From: Myxococcota bacterium
GTDB lineage: Bacteria > Myxococcota_A > UBA796 > GCA-2862545
Direction: 5' to 3'
NCBI GenBank assembly: GCA_039208735.1
Contig: JBCCQY010000136.1
Location: forward strand, 1 to 25,487
Length of the DNA stretch: 25,487 bases
The notes beneath the pieces were generated by a model that saw only the letters and a list, made by a program, of their open reading frames with translations, searched no databases and was not told where the DNA came from. The position numbers were made by a program, and so were the translations under genes. Positions 16,743 to 25,487 of this stretch are shown here, one piece after another (within the stretch, counting starts at the first letter, position 1; each line of letters opens with the position of its first letter).

Positions 16743-17264
16743 ATGACTGCCCTCTCCCCCCGAGCGTCTACGCTCCCGGCGCGCATCACTGGCCGGCCGC
16801 TCGCCTGGGCGCGCGACACCGCCTTGGTGGGTGGCGTGACGGCAACGAGTGCCACCCTGGCGTTGGGCCTCATGGGAACGACGTTCGGCCTGGCTGCGGG
16901 GTTGACAGGGGCGCTGGCCGGCTTTGCGTTGGGGCTTGAGATGCCCACGTTCCTCGATTCGGCCCGACGGCGGCTGTCGTTGATCTCGGTGGGCCTTCGG
17001 TGCATCACCATCGGGTTTGGCCTGGGAGGCTTCGTGGGCCTGATCGCGGCCACCGCGGCCGGAAACCCCTACGTATTGGGGCCGATCGTAGTCGCGGGCA
17101 TCGCGGGGGCGTTGCAGCTTGGGTGGTGGTGGTTGCCTTACACCGTGCTCACCGTCACTCAGCGACCCACCTGGCCGGCCGTCCTCATCGCATGTGCGGT
17201 GGCGCCATTCGTCGGACCTCTCGCCCAATGGATCTCGGCCTTGATCGTGGCCCTGATCCTTTAG
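16743..17264 (+). CDS. Hypothetical Gly/Ala-rich polytopic membrane protein
   Basis: ATG at 16743 after GAGGT; about five hydrophobic segments; fills the gap between neighbours. No family recognised. Confidence 0.7.
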   Translation: MTALSPRASTLPARITGRPLAWARDTALVGGVTATSATLALGLMGTTFGLAAGLTGALAGFALGLEMPTFLDSARRRLSLISVGLRCITIGFGLGGFVGLIAATAAGNPYVLGPIVVAGIAGALQLGWWWLPYTVLTVTQRPTWPAVLIACAVAPFVGPLAQWISALIVALIL

Positions 17265-17315
17265 CGAAACCGCAACGTTTTGATTGCTGGGCGAGCTTCC
17301 CGTACAAGGGAGGCC

Positions 17316-17873
17316 ATGCTGTGGTTGATCGTCTTGTCGTGTCGCACCCAGGCGCCGCCGCCTCCCCTTGGCCCCGTCGTCGAACCAGGGACCTACTCGT
17401 TTTGGTCGGGTTCTGCGGTTCCGGGCTGCACCCAAGGCGGACCTGAAGTTCAGCTCGTTCACGTCGACAAGCTCGCCCCGATTCGCCAAACCATGATCAA
17501 TCGAAGCGGCCGATACCATCGCATTGAAGTGCGGGGCACCGAGGGTTGGGTCGCGGTTGCGGATGCAGATGATCCACGGCTTCTCATGATGCTGTCGAGC
17601 GATGAACCGGCAGCAACCTGCCTTCAGGCCGAGATTCGGCCTCTGGGCGAAGACCGATGGTTCACCCGCACCTCGCAGTGGGTCTCTGTCATCAATCTCA
17701 CGACGAGCCGGGTCCGTCATTTGGCCAAGGCCCAAGGTGAATTGAGCCGTTGCATGGTCACTGAGGGGGCGGTGGCTTGCCGGGGACCGAAAGGACCGGT
17801 TCGCTTTGATCGGGATGGGGTCGTGGTGTCCGGCACCTACCTGCCCCAGTGGGCGGCCGAGTACGACGAATGA
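17316..17873 (+). CDS. Hypothetical protein, possible lipoprotein
   Basis: ATG at 17316 after GGGAGG. N-terminus MLWLIVLSC followed by a Pro-rich linker, then four further Cys in a beta-rich-looking domain. Confidence 0.6.
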   Translation: MLWLIVLSCRTQAPPPPLGPVVEPGTYSFWSGSAVPGCTQGGPEVQLVHVDKLAPIRQTMINRSGRYHRIEVRGTEGWVAVADADDPRLLMMLSSDEPAATCLQAEIRPLGEDRWFTRTSQWVSVINLTTSRVRHLAKAQGELSRCMVTEGAVACRGPKGPVRFDRDGVVVSGTYLPQWAAEYDE

Positions 17874-17932
17874 ACGGCGAGTTGGATCTTCGTGTGCCAT
17901 GATGGCACGGATCGGCTTGTCACGAGGTTCTA

Positions 17933-19540
17933 GTGGTTCTTATAAGTGTATTGGCAGATGTTGCTTTTGGCTGTGGTGGACTGGTGTGCGATGCGCAACA
18001 GCCGGTCATCCAGGAAGGCGAGAAGATCATCTTTGGGCTCGACTCCGAGACCGGCACCGTCGAAACGCATGTTGAAATAAGCTATTCAGGGCCGGCAGCC
18101 TCGTTCGGATGGATCGTTCCCGTGTTCGGTGAACCCGAGGTCTTCGCCAGTCCCCAAGCGTTGTTTGACCAGCTCGGACCGGCGACCTCGCCACTGTTTA
18201 CGCTGCAGAATGTCGATGAGGGGCGGTGTCGCAATTCCACGCGCCAGCTCAGGTTTGGTGTGTTTGAGCTGAGTCTTGACGATTCAGCTCCGGCCGAGCC
18301 GTCTCCGGTTGACGTGCTTTCACGGTCCGAAGTCGGGCCCTATGACGCCACGGTGTTGCAGGCTCAATCCTCCGAAGCGCTGCGGTCGTTTCTCGATGCG
18401 AACCACTACGCGATTCCCGAGTCGCTCGACCCCGCGCTTGCGCCCTACATTTCCCAGGGCGCGTACTTCATCGCGATTCGGCTGCAGAAGGACCGCGAGG
18501 TCGGAGACATCGCGCCGCTTGGCTTCCGCTACAACGCGGCCAAAGCGAGCATTCCTATTCAGCTTACGGCCATCGCCGTGGCCGACGACATGCCGCTTGA
18601 GGTCTATGTCTTCGGCAAAGCGCGCGCCGTCCCCGAGTCGTACCTCCATGTGAAGATCAACGAAGCCGCGATCGACTGGTGGAGCGGCGGAGCCAACTAC
18701 TTCGACGTCGTCCGTCGGGCAGCGGATGAAGCGGGAGGCCAGGCGTTTGCAACCGACTACTTCGGGGCGCCCCCCGAACTGCCCCAGCGCATTCCTGATC
18801 TGGGGTTCCTCGCCGAGGCCAGTGGGCGCCTCGAATGGCTTGTCGACCTGTTCGAGGTGGCGGGATGGGCGATTGACAACGGCACTTGGCCCATCATTGC
18901 GGAACTCGCGGGGTTGCCGCCTTCCGTCTCCTACGCCGAATACGTCGAGTGTCCGGAGTGCTACTGGACCGAGCTGCCCGCGACGTTTTTCGACGCGGCG
19001 GCGGCGACCGAGACGTTGGTTGAGGAGGTCCAGGAGCCACTTCAGGACGTGTTCTCGCTGTTCGACGAGCCCTATGTGACTCGGCTTACCTCATCTCTTT
19101 CGGCCGCAGAGATGACCGTCGATCCAGTGTTTGTCCTGAATCCTGACATGTCGAATGAACCGGTTTCCAATCTTCGAAACGCCACCCAGGTGTTCGAGTG
19201 CCGCCCCAACCGACGCCGCTGGAAGGCCCGCCGGCGGCTCGAGCTGGCCGACGGCCGGGTGATTCGTATGCACAGTACAGATCGCATTGGAGGCCAGGAG
19301 TTGGCCTTCCTCGAAGACCAAGCGGCGGTGGCGGCGAAGGTCATCGAACGGACGTCGGCGTCGGGTGAACCCGAGGTGCTCTTCGACTTCAGCAACGAAC
19401 TCAACGCGTTGGCGCAGGGGGGCGTCGGTCGAGGATGCGCGGGTTGGCGGGGATGTACGACGACCGGGCCGGGTGCGCTTGGCGTCCTCGGCTGGTTCTT
19501 GGTCTTCGCAACCCTCCGTCGTCGGTCCTTGCGGGGTTAG
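17933..19540 (+). CDS. DUF2330-family exported protein with MYXO-CTERM-like sorting signal
   Basis: CGG after a short hydrophobic leader; FGWIVPV, LFDQL, VGPYD, YFIAIRL and IPIQLT motifs; C-terminal GC-linker-hydrophobic helix-RRR. Confidence 0.85.
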   Translation: MVLISVLADVAFGCGGLVCDAQQPVIQEGEKIIFGLDSETGTVETHVEISYSGPAASFGWIVPVFGEPEVFASPQALFDQLGPATSPLFTLQNVDEGRCRNSTRQLRFGVFELSLDDSAPAEPSPVDVLSRSEVGPYDATVLQAQSSEALRSFLDANHYAIPESLDPALAPYISQGAYFIAIRLQKDREVGDIAPLGFRYNAAKASIPIQLTAIAVADDMPLEVYVFGKARAVPESYLHVKINEAAIDWWSGGANYFDVVRRAADEAGGQAFATDYFGAPPELPQRIPDLGFLAEASGRLEWLVDLFEVAGWAIDNGTWPIIAELAGLPPSVSYAEYVECPECYWTELPATFFDAAAATETLVEEVQEPLQDVFSLFDEPYVTRLTSSLSAAEMTVDPVFVLNPDMSNEPVSNLRNATQVFECRPNRRRWKARRRLELADGRVIRMHSTDRIGGQELAFLEDQAAVAAKVIERTSASGEPEVLFDFSNELNALAQGGVGRGCAGWRGCTTTGPGALGVLGWFLVFATLRRRSLRG

Positions 19541-19577
19541 CCAGTAGGCAGCCGGCTCGAACACCCGCGAGGAGAGG

Positions 19578-20546
19578 ATGACGCGATCGTTGGCCAGCGT
19601 CTTGGCGGCATGTCTGATTTCGGCATGTTCGCCTTGGGACCGTCGACAACCCGATGAATACGATCTCGACTTCGACATCCCGCGAACCGAAGCGCTCGCC
19701 GATGTCCTCTCCGACTACGGGCTGTACGAGGAGCCTCTCGCGGCCTTGCAGCCGGCGAAGGGGGTGCTTCCTTACGAGCTGTCGTCGGAACTGTTCACGG
19801 ACTACGCCCAAAAGCAGCGCTTGCTGCGGATTCCCGAGGGCACGTCCATCTCGTCGACGGACCTCGAAACCTCGGAGTTCCCGGAAGGCACGGTCCTCGT
19901 CAAGACGTTTTACTACCCCGGGCGGATCCTTGAGACGCGGCTCCTCATCAAGACCGCGGGTCTTTGGAACGTCGCCACCTACCTATGGAACGCCGAGCAG
20001 ACCGACGCCGCTTTGCTGCTGACGGGAACCACCACGGAGGTCGCGTGGACCGACGAGGCCGGGGCTTCAGGGACGACGGACTACGTGGTGCCGCACGAGG
20101 GCGAATGTGTGACGTGCCACCAGCGAAATGATGCTGCGGCCTACATCGGACCGACCCTCACCAACCTCAATCGCACCGTCATGCGCGATGGCATTGCGCT
20201 GAACCAGCTCGAGTACCTGGAGGCCCGAGGGGTGCTCGATGAGCGCGACGAACGGGTGGTGCCCACCGTCGTCGACTATCGAGACGCCACCTTGTCCCTC
20301 GAGCGCCGGGCGCGTGCGTACCTCGACATCAACTGCGCCCACTGCCACAACCCGGAGGGGTGGGACGAGGTGTCCGAGCGAGAGATCGACTTCCGCCATG
20401 CCACTCCGTTGAATCGAACGGGGCTCGAGCGCAAGGCGGACGAGATGGCGAGAGTTCTCGAGGATGGCGAGATGCCCTATTTGGGCACCACGCTGCTCCA
20501 TGACGAAGGCATCCAGCTCGTGCTCGACTACGTGGACACCTTGTAG
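19578..20546 (+). CDS. Lipoprotein diheme c-type cytochrome, SO2930/HNE_0200-like family
   Basis: Lipobox LISAC; CVTCH (20106-20120) and CAHCH (20334-20348); family-like motifs LSDYGL, LFTDYAQK, FPEGTVLVKTF, ETRLL and RARAYLDINC. Confidence 0.85.
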   Translation: MTRSLASVLAACLISACSPWDRRQPDEYDLDFDIPRTEALADVLSDYGLYEEPLAALQPAKGVLPYELSSELFTDYAQKQRLLRIPEGTSISSTDLETSEFPEGTVLVKTFYYPGRILETRLLIKTAGLWNVATYLWNAEQTDAALLLTGTTTEVAWTDEAGASGTTDYVVPHEGECVTCHQRNDAAAYIGPTLTNLNRTVMRDGIALNQLEYLEARGVLDERDERVVPTVVDYRDATLSLERRARAYLDINCAHCHNPEGWDEVSEREIDFRHATPLNRTGLERKADEMARVLEDGEMPYLGTTLLHDEGIQLVLDYVDTL

Positions 20547-20552
20547 CGAGGC

Positions 20553-21734
20553 CTACTGGGTCGTGAGCACAAAGCCTTCGGGAGGCGTCGCGTCTTCGAT
20601 GGTGCCTTGGGTGTCGAGACCTCGGATGTGTGCGTCTCCAAAGAGCCCGATGTAGGCCGAAAGCACAGGAAGAGCTTCGGACACCGGAATGAACTGCTCG
20701 CCACAGCCGTCTTCGAACGCCGAGGCTTGGAAGGTTGTGATCAGCTCATCTTCAAGGTCGTCGCAGATCGACAGGAAGGTGATGTGGCCCCCACGGGGCA
20801 TGTCGATCCAGACGTCGTCTTCGCCATCGATGGCCGCCCAGGTCGGAATGGACGAGGTCTCCGGCGTGGTCGTGATGTCGACCGCGCCCGACTGAAGCAT
20901 TGTGGGGAGCGACAGATCGGTAAGTTCCGAAGCTTCGAAGGAGCGGATGGCGGGCGCTTGGGGGACCAGGGCGGTGATCCGATCGTCGGCGAATCCTTGC
21001 TCAAGCAGGTCTTGGAACGCCGGGTCCTCAAACAAGACGCAATTGGGATCGTCTTTGTCGGGGCAATCGGGGTCAAGCCGGTCGGCCGAGGGTTTTGCGC
21101 CGGCGGCCGCAAAGGAGGTGTAGCCTCCGAAGCTATGTCCGACGAGAAGCACCGAACTGGGGTCTGCGAGTTCAGCGAGCGGGTCGTCCGCACCCACATT
21201 CTCGAGCCAATCGAGGGTGGCCGAGATGTCTTGCGGCCGGTCGATCACGCTGCGCAAGAAGGGGTCGCCTTGTCCGATCACCAGCTCGAGGGCGGTGTTG
21301 CCCACGTGGTCTGGGGCGAGCACCACCCAGCCCCACGAGGCCAGGTATTCGCCGAACGGGTAGCCCACGAGGCCCACACCTCCGTTGCCGTGCGAGTAGA
21401 CGGCGACGGGGAAGGGCAAGTCCCCCGGATCGGCAGGATCCGCGGTGGTCGCAAGGGGCGCGTCGATCGAGATGATGCCGCCCACGGCATACCCGGCCGT
21501 CGCTCCGTCCGGCATCGCCGGGTACCACACTTCCACGGGGATCGTGCGATTCTCGTCCGACACTTCGGGGCGGTAGGTCACATCGATCTGTCGGTAGCCC
21601 ACCGCGAAGGAGCCAGGCTCCAATCGCTCGGCGAAGGCGGCATCTGCGGGGTTGGTCTCTTCCGTGGGCGTCGTTTCGGGGTCCTCGGTACACGCGGCAA
21701 GCAGCGAGGCAGTGAGGATCAACAATCGTGGCAT
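20553..21734 (-). CDS. Lipoprotein alpha/beta hydrolase (PAF-acetylhydrolase/dienelactone-hydrolase-like)
   Basis: Lipobox LLAAC; VWYP, YSHG, APDH, RPQD, nucleophile GHSFGG, candidate Asp (GAVD) and His (GGHITF). Confidence 0.88.
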   Translation of the reverse strand: MPRLLILTASLLAACTEDPETTPTEETNPADAAFAERLEPGSFAVGYRQIDVTYRPEVSDENRTIPVEVWYPAMPDGATAGYAVGGIISIDAPLATTADPADPGDLPFPVAVYSHGNGGVGLVGYPFGEYLASWGWVVLAPDHVGNTALELVIGQGDPFLRSVIDRPQDISATLDWLENVGADDPLAELADPSSVLLVGHSFGGYTSFAAAGAKPSADRLDPDCPDKDDPNCVLFEDPAFQDLLEQGFADDRITALVPQAPAIRSFEASELTDLSLPTMLQSGAVDITTTPETSSIPTWAAIDGEDDVWIDMPRGGHITFLSICDDLEDELITTFQASAFEDGCGEQFIPVSEALPVLSAYIGLFGDAHIRGLDTQGTIEDATPPEGFVLTTQ

Positions 21735-21758
21735 GGACGTCCCTCCAGGGACCCCCGA

Positions 21759-23147
21759 TCATACCGTTTGCGAAGCCTCGGCGATCCACGTCCGCAAGGC
21801 TTTGACTTGATCGGTCACCTGCGCCCAGGCGGTTCCCCCGAGGGACGTCCGGCGCTCCGCCGCCGCCACAGGGTCGAGCCAACCGAGCACCTCGGCGGTC
21901 AACTGGGGGTGGAACGTTGGCACGATCTCGGCCGTCAATGCGGAGAGATTGACGCCCTTGGCCTCACACCACGCCACGACCTGGCCAGACACATGATGCG
22001 CCTCCCGAAACGGGACGCCTCGCGTGACCAAGAAATCGGCGATTTCAGTGGCGAGCAAGAAGTCGCCTTGCAGTGCATCGATGTAGCGTTCGCGATGGAC
22101 TTCGAGGGTTCGCCACACATCGGCGGTGATGGCGACACACTGCTGGGTGGTGAGCACGGCATCGAAAAGAGCTTGCCGGTCTTCCTGAAGGTCGCGGTTG
22201 TAGGCGAGGGGGAGGCCCTTGACCATCACATGCAGGGCTTGCAGGTCGCCCAACACCCGGCCCACCTTGCCCCGTACGAGTTCGGGGGCATCGGGGTTGC
22301 GTTTTTGGGGCATGATCGAAGACCCCGTTGCGTACGCTTCCGACAACCGCACCAGGGCAAACTCGGAGGACGACCACACGACGAGCTCTTCGGCCTGTCG
22401 GGAGAGGTGCGTCATCACAATCGCACAGGCCGACACGGCTTCGATTTGATGGTCTCGCGCGGCTACGGCGTCCATGGCATTGGGCACCGGCTCACGGAAC
22501 CCGAGCTGCATCGACGCCACCCGACGGTCGATGGGATGGGGGGTTCCGGCCATGGCCCCTGCGCCCAACGGGCATTGGTCCAGCCGCTTAAGCGCATCCG
22601 CCAAGCGCTCGGCGTCGCGGCGGTGGGCCCAGGCGTGCGCGAGTAAATGGTGACCAAGCCAGATCGGTTGGCCGCGCTGCAGGTGGGTGAATCCGGGCAT
22701 CAGGGTCTGCCCGTCCGACGCCACCCGGTCCACAAGGGCGGCCACCAAGTCGACGACCGACGCATGCAGGGTTTGCAGCCGCGTTCGAAGCCACAGGCGA
22801 ACGTCGGTAGCGACTTGGTCGTTGCGTGAACGGGCGGTGTGCAGCCGTTGGCCCACGGCGCCAACGATCTCGGTGAGGCGGGCCTCGACCGCCATGTGGA
22901 CATCTTCGTGGGCCGGATCGGGAACGAACGTGCCACTCGCCAGCTCGGCTTCGACCTGATCCAGCCCCGTCAACAGCGACTGCGCCTCGTCATCGGTGAG
23001 CAATTCGGCCGTTCGAAGGACCTCGACATGGGCCCGACTTCCCGCGATGTCCTCGGCCGCCATCGGCAGATCCACGTCGAGGCTCTGCGAAAACGCCACC
23101 ATGGTCTCGGCGGGGGATCCCCCGAACCGTCCGTCCCACAACGCCAC
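21759..23147 (-). CDS. argH: Argininosuccinate lyase
   Basis: LWDGRF, EDVH, LHTARSRNDQVATD, MPGFTHLQ, TGSSIMPQKRNPD and YNRDLQED motifs. GTG at 23147 after GAGGAGG. Confidence 0.97.
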   Translation of the reverse strand: MALWDGRFGGSPAETMVAFSQSLDVDLPMAAEDIAGSRAHVEVLRTAELLTDDEAQSLLTGLDQVEAELASGTFVPDPAHEDVHMAVEARLTEIVGAVGQRLHTARSRNDQVATDVRLWLRTRLQTLHASVVDLVAALVDRVASDGQTLMPGFTHLQRGQPIWLGHHLLAHAWAHRRDAERLADALKRLDQCPLGAGAMAGTPHPIDRRVASMQLGFREPVPNAMDAVAARDHQIEAVSACAIVMTHLSRQAEELVVWSSSEFALVRLSEAYATGSSIMPQKRNPDAPELVRGKVGRVLGDLQALHVMVKGLPLAYNRDLQEDRQALFDAVLTTQQCVAITADVWRTLEVHRERYIDALQGDFLLATEIADFLVTRGVPFREAHHVSGQVVAWCEAKGVNLSALTAEIVPTFHPQLTAEVLGWLDPVAAAERRTSLGGTAWAQVTDQVKALRTWIAEASQTV

Positions 23148-23148
23148 G

Positions 23149-24354
23149 TCAGTCCTCCTCGGTCTGGCGGCGCACCTCGCCCCACGTCCGGTAGGAAAGG
23201 CCATACAAGGCCAAGAACCCCTTGGCCGCGTCGCGGTCGAAGGTGTCGCCATCGGAGTAGGTCGCGAGTCCCGCGTCGTAGAGGGAGTAGGGCGACCGGC
23301 GTCCGGTCATTCGCACCGTGCCGGCCGACAAACGCAGCCGAACATCGCCCGTCACCCGACGTTGGGTGCTGTCGACGAAGGCCTGCAAGGCTTCCCGCAG
23401 CGGGCCGAACCACAACCCGTCGTAGATCACATCCGCAAAATCGGCGGCCACCTTGCGCTTGTAGTGCGAGGTGGGTCGATCAAGCACGACCCGCTCGAGT
23501 TCTCGGTGAGCCAGGTGAAGCACGATGGCGCCCGGTCCTTCGTAGACCTCGCGACTCTTGAGCCCGACGACCCGGTTCTCGACCATGTCGATGCGCCCGA
23601 CCCCGTAGTCTCCGGCCAATGCGTTGAGACGCCGGACCAGATCGACAGCGCCGTAGCCCTGACCGTCGATGGCGACGGGCACGCCGCGTTCAAACGACAA
23701 CAAGATTTCGAGGGAACCCCGCGGCGCATCGGCCGGGTCCTTGGTCATGCGCCAGACGTCGGCAGGCGGTTCCGCCCAAAGATCTTCCATCTCGCCACAT
23801 TCGATGGCGCAGCCCCAGACGTTCTCGTCGATGGAGTAGGGCTTTTCCTTGGTGATGGGAATGGGAATGCCGTGCTGTTCGGCGTAGGCGACCTCGAGTT
23901 CGCGGGTCACCAGGTCCCATTCGCGGAGCGGGGCCACCACTTTGAGTTCAGGGGCAAGGGTTTGGGCGGCGACCTCAAACCGAACTTGATCATTGCCTTT
24001 GCCCGTACAGCCGTGTGCGATGGCCGACGCCCCATGCTCCCGTGCGACGTCACACAGCCGCTTGGCGAGCAAGGGTCGACCTAACGCCGTATGCATGGGG
24101 TAAAGCTGTTCATACAGCGCCCCGGCACGTAACGCAGGCCAACAGTACTCTTCCACGAACGTCTGTTGGAGATCTTCGACGACCGCGACCGAGGCTCCCG
24201 TATTGAGGGCCTTTTGTCGGATGGCCTCGAGGTCGGTCCCCGGTTGTCCCAGGTCGCCCGTGTAGGTGATGATTTCTGCGTCGTAGTGCTCTTTGAGCCA
24301 CGGCACCATCACGGAGGTGTCCAGACCTCCGGAATAGGCGCACACGATCTTCAA
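23149..24354 (-). CDS. argG: Argininosuccinate synthase
   Basis: AYSGGLDTS, HGCTGKGNDQVRFE, YSIDEN and ENRVVGLKSREVYE motifs. TTG start after GGAGG. Confidence 0.97.
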   Translation of the reverse strand: MKIVCAYSGGLDTSVMVPWLKEHYDAEIITYTGDLGQPGTDLEAIRQKALNTGASVAVVEDLQQTFVEEYCWPALRAGALYEQLYPMHTALGRPLLAKRLCDVAREHGASAIAHGCTGKGNDQVRFEVAAQTLAPELKVVAPLREWDLVTRELEVAYAEQHGIPIPITKEKPYSIDENVWGCAIECGEMEDLWAEPPADVWRMTKDPADAPRGSLEILLSFERGVPVAIDGQGYGAVDLVRRLNALAGDYGVGRIDMVENRVVGLKSREVYEGPGAIVLHLAHRELERVVLDRPTSHYKRKVAADFADVIYDGLWFGPLREALQAFVDSTQRRVTGDVRLRLSAGTVRMTGRRSPYSLYDAGLATYSDGDTFDRDAAKGFLALYGLSYRTWGEVRRQTEED

Positions 24355-24389
24355 CGTGGACCTCCGGTTTGCGTTCTCGGGGCTTAACG

Positions 24390-25487
24390 TCAGCGGTGAG
24401 CCTGGGCCCAGGTCGCGCCTTCGTTGACCACCGCCCGTAAAGGAACGTCGAGAGGTCCCACGCTCTCCATCACGTCGCGCACGATGTCCACCACCGCCGT
24501 CGCGTGAGGCTCGGGAGCTTCGACCAGGAGCTCATCATGGACCTGGAGCACAAGGGAGGCATCCTGGTCCCGAAGTCGCCCGGCGAGGGCGGTCATCGCG
24601 CGCTTGCAGAGGTCGGCGGCCGACCCTTGAACCGGGGTGTTGATGGCTTGTCGTTCGGCCCGAGCCCGCGCGGCGGGGTCGCCCGACCAGAGGTCGGGAA
24701 GGTAGCGACGGCGTCCGGCCCACGTGGTGACGTAGCCATCGGCTTGAGCGCGTCGCAGCGTGTCATCCCGCCATTGGGCGATGCCTGGGTACATCGCGAA
24801 GAGTTCTGTGATCCACGCTTTGGCTTCGCCCATCTTGACCCCGAGGCGTTTGCCCAGGGCCTTGGGGCCTTGCCCGTAGATCGTCGCGTAGTTGACCAGC
24901 TTGCCGATGGTGCGTTGCTCGGGCGTGATCGGATCGCCGAAGAGCCCGCGTGCGGTGTGCGCATGGACGTCCGTGCCCGCCCGCAAGGCTTCGCTTAGCG
25001 CTTCGTCACCCGAGAGGTGGGCGAGGACCGCAAGCTCCATTTGCGCCCAATCCCCCGCGATCAGGCGATGGCCGTCCCGCGCCAAGAAGGCCTCGCGAAT
25101 CGAGCGAAACTCTGGGTCGTGAAGCGGCGTGCGCTGCAGATCGGGGTCGGTCGAATGCAGGCGTCCCGACACAGACAGGGTTGCCAAAAAGGTAGGATGG
25201 ATGCGGCCATCGTCGCGCACGGCATCGGCCAACACATCCGTGTAGGTATGGATCATCTGATCGACGGTGCGGTAGCGTTGCACGGGCTCGATGATGGGGT
25301 GTTGGCCCTTGAGCGTTTCGAGCACCTCGGCGTCTACGGAGGGTCCGCGCTTGGTACGTTTGACCACCTTGAGGCCAAGGTCGTCGAACAACACTTCCCC
25401 AAGCTGCTTGGGAGAACCTGGATTGAAGGCCCGGCCCGCCAGCTCTCGAATCCGTCCGCGAAGGGTCGTGCGCTCGATCTTGAGCTG
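24390..25487 (-). CDS. Family A DNA polymerase (Pol I-like) polymerase domain, 5'-truncated by the window, divergent
   Basis: The frame is open to the window edge (…AGRAFNPGSPKQLGEVLF…). Motif A DWAQMEL, motif B R...KLVNYATIYG, INTPVQGSAAD, motif C LQVHDEL. Confidence 0.92.
   Translation of the reverse strand, partial: QLKIERTTLRGRIRELAGRAFNPGSPKQLGEVLFDDLGLKVVKRTKRGPSVDAEVLETLKGQHPIIEPVQRYRTVDQMIHTYTDVLADAVRDDGRIHPTFLATLSVSGRLHSTDPDLQRTPLHDPEFRSIREAFLARDGHRLIAGDWAQMELAVLAHLSGDEALSEALRAGTDVHAHTARGLFGDPITPEQRTIGKLVNYATIYGQGPKALGKRLGVKMGEAKAWITELFAMYPGIAQWRDDTLRRAQADGYVTTWAGRRRYLPDLWSGDPAARARAERQAINTPVQGSAADLCKRAMTALAGRLRDQDASLVLQVHDELLVEAPEPHATAVVDIVRDVMESVGPLDVPLRAVVNEGATWAQAHR

Noticed and set aside
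17903..17920. TGGCACG as a sigma54 -24 box for DUF2330
   Set aside because: No GC at the required GG-N10-GC spacing.
17922..17955. GAGGTTCTAG matches the start of a Bacillus-type preQ1-I riboswitch, tempting because tgt is nearby
   Set aside because: No good P1 complement and no A-rich 3' tail. The sequence is the RBS and start of DUF2330 and lies downstream of tgt.
18940..18970. CPEC in DUF2330 as a heme c site
   Set aside because: Followed by Tyr, not His, so it is not CxxCH.
20607..22646. 679-aa plus-strand ORF, and similar long ORFs such as 516..1910, 3861..5156, 16398..17900 and 22996..24084
   Set aside because: They overlap recognisable genes, show Arg/Gly/His-rich shadow composition and have no motifs.
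1..25487. CRISPR array, tRNA/rRNA, IS or prophage, defence island
   Set aside because: No repeat-spacer periodicity, RNA gene, transposase or integrase was seen. The nuclease-like and polymerase genes are dispersed among housekeeping genes rather than clustered.

Overview
GC-rich bacterial chromosomal segment, densely coding, with about 22 CDS and no rRNA, tRNA, CRISPR array or mobile element seen. Three Hanks-type kinase-fold proteins, PEGA domains, a DUF2330 protein with a MYXO-CTERM-like tail and several lipoproteins suggest a Myxococcota-like organism (inference). Recognisable housekeeping genes are clpB, tgt, infA, argG, argH and the 3' part of a family A DNA polymerase. The most unusual items are: (i) an HPt-REC-REC-GGDEF-like protein in which every domain has lost its catalytic or phosphoacceptor residue while the RxxD c-di-GMP I-site survives; (ii) an abutting, translationally coupled pair of a membrane pseudokinase-PEGA protein and a secreted TPR-PEGA protein; (iii) a stand-alone SecD-like TM1+P1 protein lacking the SecD membrane domain; (iv) a PolA with several non-canonical motif residues; (v) a kinase whose C-terminal domain resembles LemA. 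All family calls come from motif recognition by eye, with no database searches. Many start codons were re-chosen from the ORF track using ribosome-binding sites.
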